DNA of 16,351 nucleotides from a virus (Duplodnaviria; Heunggongvirae; Uroviricota; Caudoviricetes): IMG/VR virus record IMGVR_UViG_2851933302_000006; one strand, 5' to 3'. Shown piece by piece: positions 8,040 to 16,351 of this stretch (position 1 is its first letter; each line of letters starts with the position of its first letter). The notes under the pieces were generated by a model. It saw only the letters and a program-made list of their open reading frames with translations, ran no database searches and was not told where the DNA came from. The position numbers and the translations under genes were made by a program.

Positions 8040-10373
8040 ATGAAAATGAACGTAACCGCCACCGTCAGCCATGCGCTCGGCCACTGGCCGCGTATTCTCC
8101 CGGCGCTGGGGATTCAGGTGCTGAAGAACCGTCATCAGCCCTGTCCGGTCTGTGGCGGGAGTGACCGCTTCCGTTTTGATGACAGGGAGGGGCGCGGCAC
8201 CTGGTACTGCAATCAGTGTGGTGCCGGTGACGGCCTGAAACTGGTTGAAAAGGTGTTTGGTGTTTCCCCGTCCGACGCGGCAGCAAAGGTGGCTGCCGTG
8301 ACCGGCAGCCTGCCCCCGGCTGACCCGGCAGTGACGGCCGCCGCCGGTGCTGAAACAGAAGCCGCCCGGAAGAACGCTGCCGCACTGGCACAAACCCTGA
8401 TGGCAAAAACCCGTCCCGGAACCGGTAACGCCTACCTGACCCGCAAGGGCTTTCCCGACCGGGAATACCGGATGCTGACCGGCACACACAGAGCCGGTGG
8501 TGTGAGCTGGCGCGCCGGTGACCTTGTGGTGCCACTGTATGACGACAGCGGCGAACTGGTTAACCTTCAGTTAATCAGTGCTGACGGCCGTAAGCGCACC
8601 CTGAAAGGCGGACAGGTCAGGGGCACCTGTCACATCCTTGAAGGACAGAATCAGGCCGGAAAACGTCTGTGGATAGCGGAGGGATACGCGACCGCACTTA
8701 CCGTGCATCACCTGACCGGTGAAACGGTGATGGTGGCGCTTTCTTCCGTGAACCTCCTTTCTCTGGCCAGCCTTGCCCGGCAGAAGCACCCCGCCTGTCA
8801 GATTGTCCTTGCCGCTGACCGTGACCTCAGCGGTGACGGCCAGACAAAAGCCGCCGCAGCCGCAGATGCGTGTGAAGGTGTTGTTGCCCTGCCGCCGGTC
8901 TTCGGTGACTGGAATGATGCCTTCACGCAGTACGGCGGGGAAGCCACCCGTAAGGCCATTTATGATGCCATCCGGCCACCGGCTGAAAGCCCGTTCGACA
9001 CCATGAGCGAAGCGGAGTTTTCCGCCATGAGTACCAGCGAAAAGGCCATGCGTATCTATGAGCATTACGGCGAGGCGCTCGCGGTCGATGCCAACGGCCA
9101 GCTTCTGTCCCGCTATGAAAATGGTGTCTGGAAGGTGCTGCCGCCACAGGACTTTGCCCGGGATGTGGCCGGGCTGTTTCAGCGTCTGCGCGCGCCGTTC
9201 TCCTCCGGGAAGGTGGCCTCCGTGGTGGACACCCTGAAGCTGATTATTCCGCAGCAGGAAGCCCCCTCCCGCCGCCTGATTGGCTTTCGTAACGGCGTGC
9301 TCGACACGCAGAGCGGCACGTTCCACCCGCACAGTCCGTCACACTGGATGCGCACCCTGTGCGATGTGGATTTCACCCCGCCGGTGGAAGGGGAAACGCT
9401 GGAAACCCACGCCCCCGCGTTCTGGCGCTGGCTTGACCGTGCCGCCAGTGGTCGTGCGGAAAAACGCGACGTGATTCTGGCCGCACTGTTTATGGTGCTG
9501 GCAAACCGCTATGACTGGCAGCTCTTTCTGGAGGTGACCGGTCCCGGCGGCAGCGGCAAAAGTATCATGGCCGAAATCGCCACCCTGCTGGCCGGGGAGG
9601 ATAACGCCACGTCGGCCACCATCGAGACGCTGGAATCCCCGCGTGAACGTGCCGCGTTAACTGGCTTCTCACTGATACGCCTGCCGGACCAGGAAAAATG
9701 GAGCGGCGACGGAGCCGGACTCAAGGCCATCACCGGCGGCGATGCGGTGTCCGTTGACCCGAAATACCGGGATGCGTACTCCACGCACATCCCGGCGGTG
9801 ATTCTGGCCGTGAACAATAACCCGATGCGCTTCACCGACCGCAGCGGCGGCGTGTCACGCCGGCGGGTGATTATTCACTTCCCGGAACAGATAGCCCCGC
9901 AGGAGCGCGACCCGCAGCTTAAGGACAAAATCACCCGCGAGCTGGCGGTCATCGTGCGTCACCTGATGCAGAAATTCAGCGACCCGATGCTCGCCCGGTC
10001 ACTGCTTCAGTCCCAGCAGAACTCAGACGAGGCACTGAACATCAAACGGGATGCCGACCCGACGTTTGATTTTATCGGCTATCTGGAAACCCTGCCGCAG
10101 ACCAGCGGCATGTATATGGGGAACGCCAGTATCATCCCGCGTAATTACCGTAAATACCTCTATCACGCCTATCTGGCCTACATGGAGGCAAACGGCTACC
10201 GGAATGTACTCAGTCTGAAAATGTTCGGGCTGGGGCTGCCGGTGATGCTGAAGGAATACGGACTGAATTACGAGAAGCGCCATACCAAACAGGGGATACA
10301 GACCAACCTGACGCTGAAAGAGGAAAGCTACGGCGACTGGCTGCCAAAATGTGACGACCCTGCAACAACCTGA
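8040..10373 (+). CDS. alpha: Alpha bifunctional primase-helicase (replication initiator).
   Basis: 777 aa, the recalled length of P4 alpha. N-terminal zinc ribbon (CPVCGGSDRF...WYCNQCG), a primase/TOPRIM-like region, and a C-terminal SF3-type helicase with Walker A (GPGGSGKS). Confidence 0.92.
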   Translation: MKMNVTATVSHALGHWPRILPALGIQVLKNRHQPCPVCGGSDRFRFDDREGRGTWYCNQCGAGDGLKLVEKVFGVSPSDAAAKVAAVTGSLPPADPAVTAAAGAETEAARKNAAALAQTLMAKTRPGTGNAYLTRKGFPDREYRMLTGTHRAGGVSWRAGDLVVPLYDDSGELVNLQLISADGRKRTLKGGQVRGTCHILEGQNQAGKRLWIAEGYATALTVHHLTGETVMVALSSVNLLSLASLARQKHPACQIVLAADRDLSGDGQTKAAAAADACEGVVALPPVFGDWNDAFTQYGGEATRKAIYDAIRPPAESPFDTMSEAEFSAMSTSEKAMRIYEHYGEALAVDANGQLLSRYENGVWKVLPPQDFARDVAGLFQRLRAPFSSGKVASVVDTLKLIIPQQEAPSRRLIGFRNGVLDTQSGTFHPHSPSHWMRTLCDVDFTPPVEGETLETHAPAFWRWLDRAASGRAEKRDVILAALFMVLANRYDWQLFLEVTGPGGSGKSIMAEIATLLAGEDNATSATIETLESPRERAALTGFSLIRLPDQEKWSGDGAGLKAITGGDAVSVDPKYRDAYSTHIPAVILAVNNNPMRFTDRSGGVSRRRVIIHFPEQIAPQERDPQLKDKITRELAVIVRHLMQKFSDPMLARSLLQSQQNSDEALNIKRDADPTFDFIGYLETLPQTSGMYMGNASIIPRNYRKYLYHAYLAYMEANGYRNVLSLKMFGLGLPVMLKEYGLNYEKRHTKQGIQTNLTLKEESYGDWLPKCDDPATT

Positions 10374-10389
10374 CCCTCATGACTCATCT

Positions 10390-10413
10390 GACCGGCATCT
10401 GCCGGTCTTTTTT
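10390..10413 (+). terminator. Rho-independent terminator of the alpha operon.
   Basis: GACCGGC-ATCT-GCCGGTC stem-loop followed by TTTTTT, 17 nt after the alpha stop. Confidence 0.8.
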
Positions 10414-10432
10414 CATCCCTGAATCCCCCGAA

Positions 10433-10704
10433 GGTGAACAATCCACTGTTCACCCTTCACCGTATATTCACCCGTTATCACACTGAAATTAAAAGAGAAA
10501 AACGAAAGGTGAACAGTGTGAACAATCAAATCAAAAAAAACTTTTTTCTTCCTGAGTGATTTCAGTGCGGAGGATTAATCACCGGTATGAGTCACATCGG
10601 CAGAATGCCGGAGGTGAAGAATCGAATGTTCACCCTTCACCCATTATTCACCACCTATCAAACTGAAATAAAAGGAGAAAACAGAAAGGTGAACAGTGTG
10701 AACA
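10433..10704. repeat. Two imperfect tandem ~120-bp repeats, each carrying GGTGAACA/TGTTCACC iterons: cis replication region (crr-like; the ori/crr assignment could be swapped).
   Basis: Unit 1 spans about 10433–10550 and unit 2 about 10613–10730, with parallel motif order (GGTGAA[C/G]A, TGTTCACCCTTCACC, ATTCACC, AAAGGTGAACAGTGTGAACA, A-run/T-run). Confidence 0.75.
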
Positions 10705-10917
10705 GTTCTTTCGAAAAAAAATTTTTTATGTGGATAAAAGATGCACTGGTTTGGATCCGAGCTACGGATCCAAACTTACTGATTAAAAATGATTTAACTT
10801 TCCGATTTATTGATGGGCTGAAAATAGATTGGTCAGAAAAACAGTGGGGGCACAAAAGGGGGCATATTTCATTGTTGTGTTTTATTATTTGTTTTTTATC
10901 ATTAACTTATTTTGATG

Positions 10918-10939
10918 TTTGAGTCCGGCCTTCGCACCA
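10918..10939 (+). other. att-site direct repeat: 3'-end fragment of a tRNA-Leu-like gene marking the right end of the satellite.
   Basis: TTTGAGTCCGGCCTTCGCACCA resembles the T-arm/acceptor 3' end with CCA of E. coli leuX as I recall it (GGTTCGAGTCCGGCCTTCGGCACCA), apart from a 1-nt difference. A tRNA-type terminator follows it. Confidence 0.55.
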
Positions 10940-10953
10940 CACCGTATGCAAAT

Positions 10954-10980
10954 CGAGTCGCTCAAGAGCGGCTTTTTTTG
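10954..10980 (+). terminator. Rho-independent terminator immediately after the tRNA-like fragment.
   Basis: GTCGCTC-AA-GAGCGGC stem (one G-U pair) followed by TTTTTTT. Confidence 0.6.
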
Positions 10981-11687
10981 TGTCTGAAATCACCCATATC
11001 CGTGCAGTATATAGGCCTGCCAGAAAAGCAGTTCAGTATTCTTCATTTTGTAGTCGATGGTCCCAAGTTTGCTCTGGCTGGAAGCTGCATCGTCCACATT
11101 ACGTGGGCAGGGTGGTTTCGCTATGCTACTTGAACGTTTTGACCATGTGGCTCAGGTAGCTAATATCAAAAGACGTCATTTTGTCTCCACGCCCACCTTG
11201 GTGAACATTCAATAAATAGTTTCGGTCGAGAGCAGTTATGTAGGGCTAGCAGACGAGATGCGCAGACATCTTGTTGAAGACAATTTTACTGACCACCTGA
11301 GAACGCTATTCTACCGAATAATATTTATTATCTTGGTGAATAATGATGATTACCTGTGTAACTATGGTTTTATGCTGATGGGACCGGCAGTACAATTTCT
11401 GTAGTGTACTCGCAATTTCAGGTCTCTGGCGTTTATTCTGGTGCAAAGGAGGTATGTGATGAAAACTTTGCTACCATGCCATTAAATGCGACCAATATCG
11501 GATTATCCATCAGTTGATTGTTGTAGATTTCATTGGTTATAAAAATGCAAGGTGTAAAAGATGAAATTTATAATTATTAGTTAAGTGGCTAGTTTTATAG
11601 TAATTTAGACAATAGGATGTATGGAAAAATGGAAAAAGTTTATGATACCACTAGAATTAGTAATCTTGCTAACGACCCGAAACAGTT

Positions 11688-13664
11688 TTGTTCTTTTTTT
11701 GTGAGTACATAAAAAGAGATGATATTAGTATAGATATCGCCTTGGATGTGCTGAGAATATCTTCCATCTATTATAATAGATTTTCAGTTCAGACTGAAGT
11801 TGAGTATAACAATACATTCAAAAAATGTATTAATGAGCTAGTAAACTCATTTCCTGATAACATTGAACTAATCTCTGAGTTCGAGAGTCAATGTAAAATT
11901 ATGCATGATATAAATAATTCTTTCTTTGCGGCTACAAAATGTGCTGGTATTTGGCGTAAAAATACAAAAAAATCACATGCATTAATACTTAATCTCATCA
12001 TGTTTTGTGAGATGTTTTTATCATCATTATCATCCTTGGTTGTGGTCAATGATCCTAAAAAAATGAAGAGGATTTTTCCATTATTTATCGTTTCTGAAAA
12101 TATTAATATTCATGCTGAACCTGATATCGAATGTTTTCGAGTTATCGATAGGGCATTTGATGAGGTAGCCAATTACACCGGAAGAATATTTTCTTATTTA
12201 CGGACTCATGGGCCATTGAAACTAACTTCTTGTGTGAATAAACAAACCTTGCTTTCAATGGGAGGGTACCTTAATGAGTGGAATGTTTTTGACTCATTAA
12301 GCAGAGTAAGAGACTTTTTCAGACTAAGTAGTGCAGTATTTACAAAATTGGATAATAACATTTACTCTCTTGAGGTTGATAGTTTTTGTTTATACCGAGA
12401 TTATGAGATTGCAAGAAATAGACTAATGATGAGAGCGTCACATCTATATAGCGAAGTTCATGAATTTAGTAACAAACATTTTCATCTAAATAGTTGGGTA
12501 AAGGATCATATGCCATCTTACTTAAATTCTGATGGCGTTTTTAGCTCATTTCATCTAAGCGAGTTGGAAAATATGTCTCCTGATGACCTTCATGAAGAAT
12601 ATGGGAATATATCATTATTTAATTGGGTGCACGCTTATCAATGTTTAGTCGAGTTATCTAAAGAAGAAATGAGCAAAAGATTTTCATCGACAAAACCTAT
12701 ACCCCTACAGTTGGATCGCTGGCTGATCATAAAAAGCCGTGAGAGTTGGTTATCATTCTTTCAACGTAAGGGGATTGCAGCAGATGCAGCAAAAAAACTG
12801 ATAGATTATTTTACCTTCAATTCAAAATCACATGATCTTAATGATTGCCCATTTATTCCCTGTATGGACGGTTTATGCTTAATGCCTGCATTAATAGCAA
12901 ATAGCTCAGTGACTCGCTCTCTAATGTCATTATTTGGTTCCAAAAAAATTTCTCAAGCAAGTAAAGGGCGATTTCATGAGCAACAATTTATAAAACGAGT
13001 TCGTGATGCGGGGATTAAAGCTTCTCCAATTGATGCTCATGCTAATTATCAGTGTGATTGCGTGATTCTCCTGGATGATTGTTTGATTTTTACAGAACTA
13101 AAATCAAATGGTCAACCAATATATTATGGTAAGTACTATCAGCAAGTGTGTAACATCGTTGGAGATAGCTCATTAATACATGATCATAATAATAAATTTA
13201 TGCGTTCTTATTTTCAACAAATAAATCGAATTTCTGAACATTATCTTAATCATCTTGATGTGATCATTAAAGAATTCGAACTACCATCAACATGGCAACC
13301 CAAAGGTGTGTATAAGCTTATTGTTACTACAACTATGCTCGGTGGGAAATATCATGTGGATGATACATATGTAGCGGATAAATATGCATTATCTAGTTTT
13401 TTTCAACGAATACCTGGAGTGATATATCAAACAAATGAAAATGGAAAAATGGCGAAAAATATCATTGATGGGTTTGAGTGTTGCGAAGGGGAAATCACTA
13501 TCGATAAGTTTATAGATTATCTTTCCTCTTTGCCCAGTATTAATGCTGTACGTAAAAATATAAAAAAATTAACTTATAGTGTTCGATTTAATGAAAAATT
13601 AGTCCATCACCCTTATTATGATTCTTGGGCTTTTGGTCCATATATTCGTAAGGGAAATGATTAG
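11688..13664 (+). CDS. Large AT-rich hypothetical protein with a PD-(D/E)xK-like motif. The start is uncertain (TTG in the track; possible frameshifted upstream ATG at 11629).
   Basis: 658-aa ORF with no in-frame ATG for about 70 codons. The motif CDCVILLDD-CLIFTELK (about 13045–13110) has hydrophobic strand-D then hydrophobic strand-E-x-K. Composition is very AT-rich versus its surroundings. A strong hairpin terminator follows the stop. Confidence 0.6.
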   Translation: MFFFCEYIKRDDISIDIALDVLRISSIYYNRFSVQTEVEYNNTFKKCINELVNSFPDNIELISEFESQCKIMHDINNSFFAATKCAGIWRKNTKKSHALILNLIMFCEMFLSSLSSLVVVNDPKKMKRIFPLFIVSENINIHAEPDIECFRVIDRAFDEVANYTGRIFSYLRTHGPLKLTSCVNKQTLLSMGGYLNEWNVFDSLSRVRDFFRLSSAVFTKLDNNIYSLEVDSFCLYRDYEIARNRLMMRASHLYSEVHEFSNKHFHLNSWVKDHMPSYLNSDGVFSSFHLSELENMSPDDLHEEYGNISLFNWVHAYQCLVELSKEEMSKRFSSTKPIPLQLDRWLIIKSRESWLSFFQRKGIAADAAKKLIDYFTFNSKSHDLNDCPFIPCMDGLCLMPALIANSSVTRSLMSLFGSKKISQASKGRFHEQQFIKRVRDAGIKASPIDAHANYQCDCVILLDDCLIFTELKSNGQPIYYGKYYQQVCNIVGDSSLIHDHNNKFMRSYFQQINRISEHYLNHLDVIIKEFELPSTWQPKGVYKLIVTTTMLGGKYHVDDTYVADKYALSSFFQRIPGVIYQTNENGKMAKNIIDGFECCEGEITIDKFIDYLSSLPSINAVRKNIKKLTYSVRFNEKLVHHPYYDSWAFGPYIRKGND

Positions 13665-13687
13665 AGCAATTTATTATATAGTCCATG

Positions 13688-13741
13688 TTATTCACTGATT
13701 ATATTATTGATAATATAATCAGTGAATAACTCTAATTTTTT
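13688..13741 (+). terminator. Intrinsic terminator after the 658-aa gene.
   Basis: Perfect 20-bp inverted repeat TTATTCACTGATTATATTAT / ATAATATAATCAGTGAATAA (13688–13729), followed by CTCTAATTTTTTT. Confidence 0.6.
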
Positions 13742-14062
13742 TAATGTTGGGGTTTGGCCTGAAGTTGAAATTGGTACTACGGAACGGTATGATCATATCG
13801 CATCAAAATATCAAGGTAGTGATGATTTTCTACGCGCCGATCCAGAAACGTGGATTTTATCATCACCATAAGCAATGGCAGCGACAACACCATCAATTTC
13901 TATATCAAAGGTGGTGAAATAAATTAGAAAATTGTTTATTTAATCCATTAGCGATAAGTTTTATTGTTATTTAGCCGAGATATATTCCATTGAAAAAAGT
14001 AAATTGGCACTGATATTATATCAAATGGGAATAATCCTTTTGTAAATAAGCTGAGGAATGTG

Positions 14063-14245
14063 TTAATTCACATCCAGCGCCTTATAAACCGCATCAACCG
14101 GTTCTGAGTAAAAACTTACCTGAAACTTGGTAAACAACTCTGCCGGAACTGTTGGAATATCCATAGCCGAGGATATCGGCAACAGAACTCGTTTTGCGTC
14201 GCTATCGAAGGCGAGTTGTAAACTAGTGGCAAGATCCTGCACTGA
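14063..14245 (-). pseudogene. Remnant of a Lon-family protease gene (C-terminal about 60 codons only).
   Basis: Minus-strand frame with no start codon reads SVQDLATSLQLAFDSDAKRVLLPISSAMDIPTVPAELFTKFQVSFYSEPVDAVYKALDVN*. The K-x-VL-[IL]-P...IP...V...AL pattern resembles the C-terminal tail of Lon protease domains. Confidence 0.4.
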
Positions 14246-14286
14246 TTATGTCAGCAATATTGAACATACTGCGATAGTTATCAACC

Positions 14287-15216
14287 TCACCCCCTAAAAA
14301 CCTCTTTCCGATGCCACTCCACAAACCCCTCAAAAGGGTAATTTTTACGCACCTGCGGCAACGTAATAGTTTTCCCGTCAAAATCCCAGAATAATCTCTC
14401 AACGATCCCTCCGCCGTTTACCGCATCTGATACCAGTACCCGCATATTTTCGTCCAGGCCAATCGATCCTTTATCAAAGGCTTTATGGTGAATTGCGCAA
14501 AGCGCCAGGCCATTAGGAATTTCACAAGGACCGCCGTGCTGTTTCCATTTTATATGCGCCGCTTCCAACGCGACGGTGGTGTCGTCGTGGCGCATATTAA
14601 AGCCACATATCGCGCACTGGTATTTATAAGCGCGTAATACATTTTTGCGAAATAACGGGTCGCGCTGTTTACGGATTTGCTGGAGATCAAAACCCAGCTC
14701 GTCAGCAATTTCTTCCTGAATACTCTCGGTGAAGTGCGCTTCGAGTATCTGTTGCGCCAGGGTATTGATGAGTTTTTTATTGCCGGTTACCAGGGCGTAG
14801 TGCTGTTCATCGAAACCGCCTGCAACGCGGTGTTCGGTCAGTTCCTTCACTGGCGGTTGTCGGCTGCTACCTGCTGTTGAGCAAAGCTCGGCATTGCGTA
14901 ATTGCCAGAATCCGTCGCCTTGTAATCGCCAGAACGGCATATCAGGTCGGTACTGTGAACGCTGTGGACCAAAACGTTCCAGTAAACTGTGCAGAGGTTC
15001 GTAGATTTCCGAGCCATAATCGAAAAGGCGTGGATGTCCATTCAGGTATCCCGCTAATACGTATAGCAATAACAATGGTTTATGCGGCGCGCGCTGTTCA
15101 CCCTTGTGCCAGATTTTTATGTTGGCAATTGCCTGCTGTAGCGATTTACTGGAAGCCATTGATATCCCTGGCAGTGAAATAATTGCGATCATGCTCGCAA
15201 ATTTTCTGCTGTTCAA
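14287..15216 (-). CDS. HNH-family endonuclease with an N-terminal extension; possibly a modification-dependent (type IV-like) restriction enzyme.
   Basis: 309 aa. C-terminal HNH signature CAICG...AAHIKWKQHGGP...PNGLALCAIHHKAFD (Cys pairs plus His/Asn/His). The roughly 190-aa N-terminal domain is unassigned. Confidence 0.75.
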   Translation of the reverse strand: MNSRKFASMIAIISLPGISMASSKSLQQAIANIKIWHKGEQRAPHKPLLLLYVLAGYLNGHPRLFDYGSEIYEPLHSLLERFGPQRSQYRPDMPFWRLQGDGFWQLRNAELCSTAGSSRQPPVKELTEHRVAGGFDEQHYALVTGNKKLINTLAQQILEAHFTESIQEEIADELGFDLQQIRKQRDPLFRKNVLRAYKYQCAICGFNMRHDDTTVALEAAHIKWKQHGGPCEIPNGLALCAIHHKAFDKGSIGLDENMRVLVSDAVNGGGIVERLFWDFDGKTITLPQVRKNYPFEGFVEWHRKEVFRG

Positions 15217-15370
15217 GCCTGCAAGCGAAGATATATTACCTTGATCTCATATGTTTTTTTACTTCCTGTGTGCCCTAATTGCCATGCGATGTTGCACCGA
15301 CGCAAACCACCGTTTACGCCGGAGCAGTTAAAAGCGCTGATGGATGCGAATAAATCAAATTAATGAACGC

Positions 15371-16351
15371 TCACCTTTCGCGCCAAAACTGCAAAATTGC
15401 TTCTACAAACCTGTTAGAAATAATCCCTCGACGGGCTGCCGCGCTGAAATGACTGCTTCGCAGTGCCGTCGTCCAGTTCTCCGGTGACCGGTACGCTGAA
15501 CCGTAATATCCCGTGCTTAAATCGTCCGGGTCTTCATCAGGCACGTTCGTCAGTCCTCTTTCACCTTGTTGCTGGAAGTCGACGAAAATAATATTGGCTA
15601 AAACATTATTTTGATAATTGCCATAAATAGCTTCATACGCATGAGGGAAATTTTCTTTCCAGTACCAGGTGGTATCGCCGCAAAACCACGGCGCGTCAGT
15701 AATTTTATTAAGCTGAGAATGGTATTGTTTTAGAGCCCTACGAAAGGCGTCAACCATATGATTAAAGTGTTGAGGGTGTGACGCGTAGTCACTGGTCATT
15801 AAGTCAAATTCGCCTTGCATCCAGCATACGCCGAGGAATTTGTTCTGCGGATTTTTTGCCAGTGCGGCTCGCGTTCTGCTGACTAAATCCTGGTATAGCG
15901 GAGTATCCGATCCCCAACGACAAGCATCATGGCTGGCTCCGTGCGGTTCTGAATATGTCCCTTCGCTGCCCGCGGTAAAAGCTGATCCGCCACGGCAACA
16001 CGGAACGATGAGAACCCCTGCATTATCAGGAATAAAGGGCAGTAATTTCCGTGCTATATGCAGTGCCTGGCCAACGGTGCCGTACTGTGTTTGATGATTC
16101 GTTGCCAGAGGATGGTGATAACCCTGCATATCCTGAACATCGTGTGGGCAGTGAGTCAGTGGAATAATGTCGTTAAAGTGACATGACGGGCCTCCGGGAT
16201 GTGTATGCGCAAATCTCGCTAATTGTTTAATTCTGGGATGAGGCGCATCTTCCTTGTCCGGTAATGGTAGTCCTTCGCCATACGCCATGGCATTAGACTG
16301 ACCAGCAACGGTAAGAACATAGTAATAATCGGGCGATATTATTGCGTTCAT
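15371..16351 (-). CDS. nanS: Sialate O-acetylesterase-like SGNH-type esterase, NanS/YjhS-like (9-O-acetyl-N-acetylneuraminate esterase).
   Basis: 326 aa with an N-terminal GQSN block (LTVAGQSNAMAYG) typical of sialate O-acetylesterases. Length and sequence fit what I recall of E. coli YjhS. The start codon is at the window edge. Confidence 0.7.
   Translation of the reverse strand: MNAIISPDYYYVLTVAGQSNAMAYGEGLPLPDKEDAPHPRIKQLARFAHTHPGGPSCHFNDIIPLTHCPHDVQDMQGYHHPLATNHQTQYGTVGQALHIARKLLPFIPDNAGVLIVPCCRGGSAFTAGSEGTYSEPHGASHDACRWGSDTPLYQDLVSRTRAALAKNPQNKFLGVCWMQGEFDLMTSDYASHPQHFNHMVDAFRRALKQYHSQLNKITDAPWFCGDTTWYWKENFPHAYEAIYGNYQNNVLANIIFVDFQQQGERGLTNVPDEDPDDLSTGYYGSAYRSPENWTTALRSSHFSAAARRGIISNRFVEAILQFWRER

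Larger units (their letters stand above)
1..10939. mobile_element. Integrated P4-like phage satellite: int, cargo hotspot, cos, psu-delta-sid, vis, immunity region, epsilon, orf151, orf106, alpha, iteron repeats, att repeat. The left att and tRNA lie outside the window.
   Basis: Gene order and protein lengths match recalled P4 values (Psu 190, Delta 166, Sid 244, Vis 88, Epsilon 95, orf151, orf106, Alpha 777). A P2/P4-type cos 19-mer, TGTTCACC iterons and a tRNA 3'-end-like repeat at the right end are all visible. Confidence 0.85.

Noticed and set aside
7998-9835. Multiple minus-strand ORFs (up to 253 aa) inside alpha
   Set aside because: They are antisense to the 777-aa primase-helicase gene, with Arg/Gly/Pro-rich translations characteristic of GC-rich antisense frames.
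10587-10922. 111-aa + strand ORF (and 65-aa minus-strand ORF) downstream of alpha
   Set aside because: They run straight through the tandem iteron repeats and A/T runs of the replication element, and there is no RBS.
10912-11133. 73-aa + strand ORF
   Set aside because: Its first codons are the tRNA-like 3'-end fragment and it reads through the adjacent intrinsic terminator. It is not a plausible gene.
14677-15182. Short + strand ORFs (67 and 101 aa) and a 64-aa minus-strand ORF overlapping the HNH gene
   Set aside because: They are nested within or antisense to the better-supported 309-aa HNH endonuclease ORF.

Overview
Most of the window (about 1–10,939) is an integrated P4-type phage satellite; the right ~5.4 kb is flanking island/chromosomal DNA. 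Satellite layout: int (1–1266, +); a low-GC cargo hotspot on the minus strand (a two-gene operon of a 4-TM membrane protein plus a 297-aa cytosolic protein, then a 103-aa orphan); a cos site (~3377–3395); the psu-delta-sid late operon; a divergent late-promoter region with TGT-N12-ACA activator dyads and a TGTTCACC iteron cluster; vis; an RNA-immunity-like region; epsilon, orf151, orf106; and the 777-aa alpha primase-helicase with a terminator and two tandem iteron-bearing ~120-bp repeats. A tRNA-Leu-like 3'-end fragment plus terminator (10,918–10,980) marks the right boundary. Beyond it lie a 658-aa very AT-rich orphan gene with a PD-(D/E)xK-like motif and an ambiguous start, a 60-codon Lon-protease-like C-terminal remnant, an HNH endonuclease and a nanS-like esterase. 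The best candidates for an undescribed or poorly characterised system are the hotspot two-gene operon (Kiwa-like architecture, not confirmable here) and the 658-aa orphan. All calls rest on reading the sequence and ORF track and on recalled family knowledge; no database search was run.
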